A DNA stretch of 41,122 bases, from positions 1 through 41,122 of the forward strand of contig JAUCBJ010000157.1 in the NCBI GenBank assembly GCA_032718475.1. The letters are read 5' to 3'. Positions 35,301 to 41,122 of this stretch are shown here, piece by piece (the first letter of the stretch is position 1; each line of letters begins with the position of its first letter). Both the position numbers and the translations under genes were made by a program. The notes under the pieces were generated by a model, which was not told the DNA's origin, did not search any database, and saw only the letters and a program-made list of their open reading frames with translations. Origin of the DNA: Nemertoderma westbladi. Taxonomy: Eukaryota; Animalia; Xenacoelomorpha.

Positions 35301-36805
35301 AATTTTAGTGCCATCTTTTTAACATCATTAACACAATTTTCAGTGAACAAAATGACATTTTCAATACAAGGAAAATTTTCCTTTGGTGTCAGTAATATGC
35401 AATAATGACCAGATGTAGATTTTCTTAATAATATGTCTTGATCAAGTATGTTAGCAGTATCATTATCTAAATTGATAACACACTTGGCTCTTTTTAGTGA
35501 TTGTTTACTCAAAAGTAACGGTATATGTTTGTTTACCACATCTGTTGCCACCATGCAATATTTTTCACCTATAAACACAGGTATTGTTACCTTTTTCTTA
35601 GAAGCAACCTTTTCACCATCACCAAACCTAAATTTAGTGTTGCTATATTGCTCTATAACATTATTGCTAGCAAACTCACCTAGAGATTCCAGATAAACGG
35701 ACAACCATTCTTCTCCACATACTGTTGAAGTACAACCAGTATCCAATATACCATGATTAAATGTTTCTAGAATAAATGTCGATTGTTCTTCTTCCGGTTT
35801 AATAAACAGTGTTATATATACATCATTATCGATACCGGTACCCCCATCATTATTAGGGGGTTGATAGTCAGAGCAGTATTTTTGAAAATGGTGTGGAGAT
35901 TTACAACTTCGACACAACATTTGTTGACCATCGGCATACCTGGGATTATTAGATACTCTACCATATGTGATCGACACACCACGTCTGATACTGGTACCGG
36001 TACTACTACCTCGAGAATCAAAACGTCCTCGATTATATGAATTATATGATGGTCGTCCAGCTGATCTACTTCTAAAATTAGGCCTACCTCTAATATACCG
36101 ACCACGTGATGTAAAATAAACAGATTGTTCATCATCACAGTCCTCCAAATAACCTTCCTCATATAAATTATGATTATCCTCACAAAGGAATGTATCCTCA
36201 GTCTCTTGCTTGACACGCACCGCAGTTGTACGCCCACTATCAGCACCTGTAAACATCACCTTTGATTCCCCAAAGATACGTTTTAATGCTGTCTTCATTT
36301 CTTGGTATTTTAAATCCTTTACTGCTGTTAGAGCCATTTTTCTCTCTGAATCTGACAAATTCGCCTTATCTAAAAGCTCAAAAGCTAAAACTCCATCCCC
36401 GATACTCATGTCATATTCTTTGGCTTTGTTATACCGTTTCTCAAACTCATTGATAAAGTCGGAAATAGTCTCTACATCTTTCTTCTTTAAATATTTAAAC
36501 AACGAATAGGCTTCGTAAGCACAGTCGATTTTATCCTTCAGATAAACTTCATCGAGTTTTCTAAGTAACGTTTTAACTCCGTCATCTGCATTTAGTTGTT
36601 CAATGGGTACCTCTAAAGCTTTATCCTTAGCTTTCCTTGGTAAACACAGCAATATAGCTGGGGCTTGTCGTCTCTTTTCTATATCAGTAACAAGTTGCCA
36701 AATCTTTAACTCCCGTTGCCACGTAACATAATCCGAACCATCACCTAACAGAGGTGGATTTTTATACGACCGCCCACCGGAAACATTTGTACTACTTTCA
36801 GCCAT
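32396..36805 (-). CDS. Copia Gag-Pol polyprotein (1469 aa)
   Basis: Zn knuckle CRSCKSPHHFQKYC; protease LDTGC; integrase H..H..C..C plus D-D(SDNGGEF)-E(NGLNERHN); RT KARLVARGFEE, DIQTAFLQG, HVDD; RNase H TDAS, AAET, TDS. Confidence 0.97.
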   Translation of the reverse strand: MAESSTNVSGGRSYKNPPLLGDGSDYVTWQRELKIWQLVTDIEKRRQAPAILLCLPRKAKDKALEVPIEQLNADDGVKTLLRKLDEVYLKDKIDCAYEAYSLFKYLKKKDVETISDFINEFEKRYNKAKEYDMSIGDGVLAFELLDKANLSDSERKMALTAVKDLKYQEMKTALKRIFGESKVMFTGADSGRTTAVRVKQETEDTFLCEDNHNLYEEGYLEDCDDEQSVYFTSRGRYIRGRPNFRSRSAGRPSYNSYNRGRFDSRGSSTGTSIRRGVSITYGRVSNNPRYADGQQMLCRSCKSPHHFQKYCSDYQPPNNDGGTGIDNDVYITLFIKPEEEQSTFILETFNHGILDTGCTSTVCGEEWLSVYLESLGEFASNNVIEQYSNTKFRFGDGEKVASKKKVTIPVFIGEKYCMVATDVVNKHIPLLLSKQSLKRAKCVINLDNDTANILDQDILLRKSTSGHYCILLTPKENFPCIENVILFTENCVNDVKKMALKLHKQFAHPSADRLLGLIKDAGLSSKEITCEVNKVTETCSVCKKYKKPKPRPVVGFSLAKEFNETVAGDLIQWGNKTWILHVIDHMTRLSGATVVRTKEKSVIADKFIRCWMAIYGPPKQIMSDNGGEFDNSTFREMAEQFNIKLIPTPAESPWSNGLNERHNGVLKDMLQKLMSDCKYDLETGLAWCVNAKNCLHNVNGYSPYQLVFGQNPNLPCVLNDQLPALEGVTSSQIVAKHLNAIHGAREICIQAESSEKVRRAMRHNIRSQDDVYIQGDSVFYKRDNSAEWKGPGMVIGRDGKIVYVKHGGSIVKVHSLRLLKTCDVAFDQKNQTTSVPDNLSEVNSNLHNVEDDIICIDEYDDDINDVQKGNSSSGLIAANVAKEGIHDTQSHTIRESAKLTLAKINDKISFRLKGEDNWCHGIVLSRAGKATGKYRNCLNVQFTGPKERQDDCDNFDFGTDIDEWTDNNTPVSDGTEDVYINDYVVSDKYAEAKVYQVQMWDRHNVYKAVDDVGQDRLSTKWVCTMKNDGRLKARLVARGFEEETAELAKFSPTGKKENIRLLLSVAATTNWTIHSMDIQTAFLQGEQIDREVYLEPPQEFKKPGQLWCLKKCVDGLSDAPRKWFMKVKKVLEQIGMKRSMNDDCLYYWESNGVIGGILSMHVDDELWAGTAEFECTIINELRKVFVVGIEKDTVLKHVGLELRQNRHGILLDQHRYIEKLQPIDLASNRNKDSQLTNKEFKALQMLCGQLNWIATQSRPDISFDTCNLSSKLKDPKINDICYANKIVRRVKSFAMVLKFPRLNLQDLKIICYTDASYGNLDDGSSQGGYLIFVSDCTNNGALLDWQSKKLRRVARSSLAAETLAAVHAIDNAYSLASVLGEILSTTIPIYIYTDSQSLIDNIYTDKGSLTEKRLRIDIRLIREMLEKGEISDLQWVDTYHQLANSLTKKGASTNSLINTLETHKLSQTQ

Positions 36806-36871
36806 TAATATTATATTAGTTACGTTGTAGGCCTACTACCTACCTATTGTCTGTTTATTCAGCGTCAACAC

Positions 36872-36883
36872 GCTCTGCTACCA
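36872..36883 (-). other. Primer-binding site (tRNA-iMet)
   Basis: TGGTAGCAGAGC directly after the 5' LTR. The first 11 nt complement the 3' end of metazoan initiator tRNA-Met; this is the PBS known for GalEa elements. Confidence 0.92.
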
Positions 36884-37010
36884 TGTTAAAGTGTAAAACA
36901 GTAAGATAGGAAACGTACCGCCGTACCGGTGTTCCTCCTTCTATATCTTTCATATCTTATATATAGTTTGAATATCCCGCCACCAATATACTACATATAT
37001 ACATTTGACA
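36884..37010 (-). repeat. 5' LTR of the Copia element
   Basis: Identical to 32158-32284 and followed on the minus strand by the PBS. Confidence 0.97.
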
Positions 37011-38165
37011 CGAGAGAGTTGCTCACGAGAGAGAGAGAGTTGCTCACGGGAGAAAGTTGCTCACGAGAGAGAGTTGCTCACGGGAGAGAGTTGTTGACCC
37101 GAGTGTTGCTCATGGGAGAGAGTTGCTCACGAGAGAGAGAGTTGCTCACGGGAGAGAGTTGCTCACGGGAGAGAGTTGCTCACGGGAGAGTGTTGCTTAC
37201 GGGAGAGTGTTGCTCACCCGAGAGAGTTGCTCACGAGAGAGAGTTGCTCACGGGAGAGATTTGCTCACGGGAAGGAGTTGCTCACGGGAGAGAGTTGCTC
37301 ACGAGAGAGAGAGTTGCTCACGGGAGAGAGTTGCTCACTTGCTCACGGGTAGGAGTTGCTCACGGGAGAGAGTTGCTCACGAGAGAGAGAGAGTTGCTCA
37401 CGGGAGAGAGTTGCTCACCCGAGACGAAAGAGTTGCTCACGAGAGAGAGAGTTGCTCACGGGAGAAAGTTGCTCACGAGAGAGAGTTGCTCACGGGAGAG
37501 AGTTGCCCACCCGAGGCGGGAGAGAGTTGCTCACGAGAGAGAGATTTGCTCATGGGAGAGAGTTGCTCACGGGAGAGAGTTGCTCACGGGAAGGAGTTGC
37601 TCACGGGAAGGAGTTGCTCACGGGAAGGAGTTGCTCACGGGAGAGAGTTGCTCACGAGAGAGAGTTGCTCACGGGAGAGAGTTGCTCACGGGAAGGAGTT
37701 GCTCACGGGAGAGAGTTGCTCACGGGAGAGAGAGTTGCTCACGGGAGAGAGTTGCTCACGGGAGAGAGTTGCTCACGGGAAGGAGTTGCTCACGGGAAGG
37801 AGTTGCTCACGGGAGAGAGTTGCTCATGAGAGAGAGTTGCTCACGGGAGAGAGTTGCTCACGAGAGAGAGTTGCTCACGGGAGAGAGTTGCTCACGGGAA
37901 GGAGTTGCCCATGACAGAGAGTTGCTCACGAGAGAGAGTTGCTCACGGGAGGGAGTCGCTCACACGAGAGTTGCTCACGGGAGAGAGTTGCTCATGGGAG
38001 GGAGTTGCTCACCCGAGAGAGTTGCTCACCCGAGAGAGTTGCTCACGAGAGAGAGTTGCTCACGGGAGAGAGTTGTTCACCCGAGGCGGGAGAGAGTTGC
38101 TCACGGGAGAGAGTTGCTCACGGGAGAGAGTTGCTCACGGGAGAGAGTTGCTCACGGGAGAGGTT
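37011..38165. repeat. 16-bp satellite, right (degenerate) block
   Basis: Continuation of the GAGAGAGTTGCTCACG array after the Copia insertion, with a local GGGAAGGAGTTG variant. Confidence 0.97.
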
Positions 38166-38369
38166 ACCCCCATATTCGGTAATAATACCAATCGAAAACA
38201 CGAGTTATTCCATATAGCTACTACTATTATAATCAAACATATCTAAATTATTATAATAACACAATAATAACTCACTGTTGTACCTATTAGGAATAAATAA
38301 TCTACTAAATAATTTACGATAAAAATCACAAACTTATTATAAATGCAAAGCGAGAATGACAACGAGAGA

Positions 38370-38691
38370 CTATCGGGATTTCTTGAAGTCTCGATAGGCG
38401 ACGAGATATAGTTGTGGAATATTAAGTGGTGGACTGAAACCGTCTGGGTAGGTGGAGTCCTCAAACAGCACTGAGTAGGAGTCATCGTGGGTAGAATGGG
38501 GGTTGCGGTGTACCACTGCCTTGTAGAAACAGGTTGTCTGCGGGTAGAGAGCGAGCACCACTGCACCCACGGGGTAGACGGCTTCGGGGTGGGTCTCCGG
38601 GTTGGGTTTACCCAGGGGTAGAGGGATTACCTTCCGGCGAGAGAGAGTGTGTCTGTCGCGCGTCTCCTCGTCAACGTCCTCAATCTCGTAA
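38370..38691 (-). CDS. SGF29: SAGA-associated factor 29, last coding exon (tandem Tudor region)
   Basis: Acceptor TTTTTAG ends at 38692. Encodes (R)YEIEDVDEETRDRHTLSRRKVIPLP...VLALYPQTTCFYKAVV...YSVLFEDSTYPDGFSPPLNIPQLYLVAYRDFKKSR*, closely matching the SGF29/CCDC101 C-terminus. Confidence 0.95.
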
Positions 38692-39027
38692 CTAAAAATA
38701 AAGTAAAACTAAAGGTAAATAAAGTAAAAAATAAGAAAATATAATTAAACCAAAGGCAAATAAGGTAAAACAAATGGTAAATAAAGTAAAACATAAGGCA
38801 AATAATGTAGAACAAGGTTAAATAAAATAATGGAGGGTGTCATGTTAACTCCCAGGGAGTTGAACACTCAGTAACAAAATCAAATCCTATTTTACTCCCA
38901 AGGTTGACCACTCAGTACAATCCAACCATTTTCTTTACTGGAAGTTACACTCATTCCCCTCCAGGCGAGGTGGTGAACTATAATAACCCGAGGTTGTGAT
39001 TGGCTAAATAATATCAATATGACTAAC

Positions 39028-39443
39028 CGTCCACTAGATGGGTAATACAGAATAACAGTAGCGAGTATCCAGTTCTCTTCCTCCTCCCCCTTAACTCGGG
39101 CGGCCACCTTGTGGCCCACCGGTACGATGTAGTTGGACTCGGCGGGGGTGGCGCCACACAGTGGCGGCGGCGTGGCCTCCGGCGTGGGGGCGAGCCATAG
39201 AGGCAGGGTCAACGCGTCCTGCTGTAGCATAGTCATGAGGACCCCGCGACGCATCACCTTGCGGGGGGGTTCGTCCCCGCTACTCGCGTATCCCGTCGGT
39301 TTGTGACCATTACCCCCGGACTGCAGCGTCCGGATCGCCGCGATCTTATCGAGGGATCGACGGATCAGTTCCGCCTCGGCTGTGGCGTCGGATAACGCCG
39401 AGTTGTAGAGATGCCGGAGTTTCCCTTTGTAATAGGAGGTCAC
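39028..39443 (-). CDS. SGF29: SAGA-associated factor 29, internal coding exon (upstream exon not found in the window)
   Basis: Acceptor ...ACCACCCAG ends at 39444; donor GTTAGT at 39027. 416 nt, and the phase-2 end matches the next exon. Encodes YYKGKLRHLY...MRRGVLMTMLQQ..LTLPLW...PPPLCGATPA...KVAARVK...NWILA. Confidence 0.95.
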
Positions 39444-39960
39444 CTGGGTGGTAAACAACAACAAACAAAAGATTACAATTAAAATGTTTTACAGACGCCG
39501 ACAGCCGTCAGTCTATTATTATCAAGAAGAAACGTGATTGGCGCAAGTTTCTGGTGCTGCTTCCCATAAGTATATAATATGTTGATAATTTTATTGCACT
39601 GCATATAAACAACGAAAGGATTTGGCAAACAAAGACAGGCTTATATTAATGCCGCCGCCTCATTTCGTTGATATAATTGGTATAAAGAGAAATAGTATAG
39701 GCCTACACATAGAATAACAGAAACTTGTAAGGTGATGTAGGGCCTGGGTACCAGCGTTGATAATTTATTGAATTTTATTGTCAATGACGTAATGACGTAG
39801 GTGGCGATACGAATTTAATTTAATTAATTACGTCTGGGTGAAAAACAATGTCACTTTAATATTTCAAACTCGCAAACTATCGAAATATAATTACGTTGAA
39901 CAATTCAACAAACATGTATATTTTAGTAGCCGAGATCAATAAAACTATAAAAATAAAATA

Positions 39961-40272
39961 GATCGGTTGGACCCAAACACTACGGAGGATGAGATTAAAG
40001 ATTTCCTTGAAGGAGAAAGTCTGAATATTGATGATGTCCATGCTCTCCCGCTGAAAGATGGGAACTCGCCATTTAGGGGATTCCATATTACGTGCAAACA
40101 AGCGGACCGTGATCGCATTATGGACCCCAACCTATGGGAGTCAGGTATAGTAATTCGGGACTATTTCCTTACCAACACTGAGCGGCAGGCACTCGGCTTG
40201 CGGATGAGACAGCCAAGCCGCCGCACAACCGCAACTGCAGACAGTGAGACAAATCATGGCCAGTCTGATTGA
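39961..40272 (+). pseudogene. LINE ORF1 C-terminal fragment
   Basis: RLDPNTTEDEIKDFL...FRGFHIT...IMDPNLWESGIVIRDY resembles the RRM-like C-terminal region of CR1/L2-group ORF1 proteins; frame is truncated upstream. Confidence 0.7.
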
Positions 40273-41122
40273 CATGAGGATTCTGGTGAGTGCTCTTTTG
40301 TTGTCTCTTTTTGGAATATTGAAGGTTTAAACACAATACTACTTTTGTCTCACGAAAAGCCGATTTTTGTGCAATCCGATGTTATTTTACTAGCAGAAAC
40401 TCTATATTGGGATGGTCCAACATGTATACCAGGCTTCTATACCTATGATTATCCGGCAGTAAAACCAGAAAGAGGTAGACCGTATGGAGGTTTAACTATT
40501 GCAATTAAACCTGAGCTTGAACCTAAACTAATTCAATCGTGTAAAGAATTCATTATGGTATCCTCGAACGAGGGTATATTTGTGACTTGTTATTTTCCTC
40601 CAACTACAAGTTTAACTGATTTCATAGATGGTGTTTTATATATTTTCGATGCTATTCCAATGAACTTTGATGGGTCTGTAACCATAGGTGGTGATTTTAA
40701 TGCGAGACAAGATATTGAGCCTACTTCCAAAGCTCTGGCTCTTGAAATCCTGATGGAGGACTTCAATCTAGTTATGCAAAACGACCCATCTGAGCCAACA
40801 TATGTTTGTAATGGATCGTCAGTAATCGATTTGATTTTTGCAAGTAAACAGTCAATCAATATAAGTGTAAGGCCTGATGACATTCGTAAACATTGTATTA
40901 TTAGTTCAGTTTGGAAGCGGGAGATAGGAAGGCAGCCTACAAACGGGGCCCAATCTGTTCCTCATTCGCGTAAAGTAGATACTGATAAGCTTCTGCAAGA
41001 TGGGCGACTAGAAACTATCAATGATTTTCTTATGGATAAGAACGTCGACGACGCCTACGACCTTTTAGTTGAATCCATCATCGACTCATCTCCTAAAATT
41101 ATGGTAAAAAGTAAGTTCTCAA
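40273..41122 (+). CDS. LINE ORF2 apurinic endonuclease domain (partial; absent from the ORF track)
   Basis: Manual translation gives SFWNIEGL, LLAET, GRPYGG, YFPP, GGDFNAR, PTY, SVIDLIF, RKH, with no stop before the window end. Confidence 0.9.

Larger units (their letters stand above)
32158..37010 (-). mobile_element. Full-length Ty1/Copia LTR retrotransposon, GalEa-type
   Basis: Identical 127-bp TG...CA LTRs; TSD CGAGA at 32153-32157 and 37011-37015; PBS TGGTAGCAGAGC; PPT; single intact ORF in PR-IN-RT-RH order; HVDD and KARLVARGFEE motifs. Confidence 0.96.
39961..41122 (+). mobile_element. 5'-truncated APE-type LINE, antisense within an SGF29 intron (partial)
   Basis: ORF1 C-terminal part followed by an endonuclease frame open to the window end. 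Confidence 0.88.

Noticed and set aside
38892-39027. C-terminal part of the 190-aa track ORF (LVILILFSQ...)
   Set aside because: Read-through into the SGF29 intron beyond the GT donor at 39027.

Overview
Eukaryotic (metazoan-type) repeat-dense window with no prokaryotic features. Left half: two diverged, same-orientation (minus-strand) copies of a BEL/Pao-derived LTR element. Copy A (1-~5255) is cut by the window edge and has an open frame of at least 738 codons that the ORF track misses. Copy B (12381-20597) encodes one frame of about 1630 codons broken by two TGA stops: a ~770-aa N-terminal extension, Gag (DUF1759-like core and three Zn knuckles), protease, then in-frame remnants of the RNase H and integrase ends, with RT and the integrase core absent. 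It also has a decayed extra 3' ORF and a probable 1.19-kb LTR. Each copy is followed by an array of the same 66-bp satellite and then a 15-17-bp satellite. The 16-bp satellite (24306-38165) is split by a young, intact GalEa-type Copia element (32158-37010; identical 127-bp LTRs, 5-bp TSD). The right end holds the last two coding exons of the host gene SGF29 (minus strand) and, in its upstream intron, a 5'-truncated LINE whose ORF1 and ORF2 are in frame across a single TGA. All long ORFs over the satellites are repeat artefacts. All calls are from manual reading; no searches were run.
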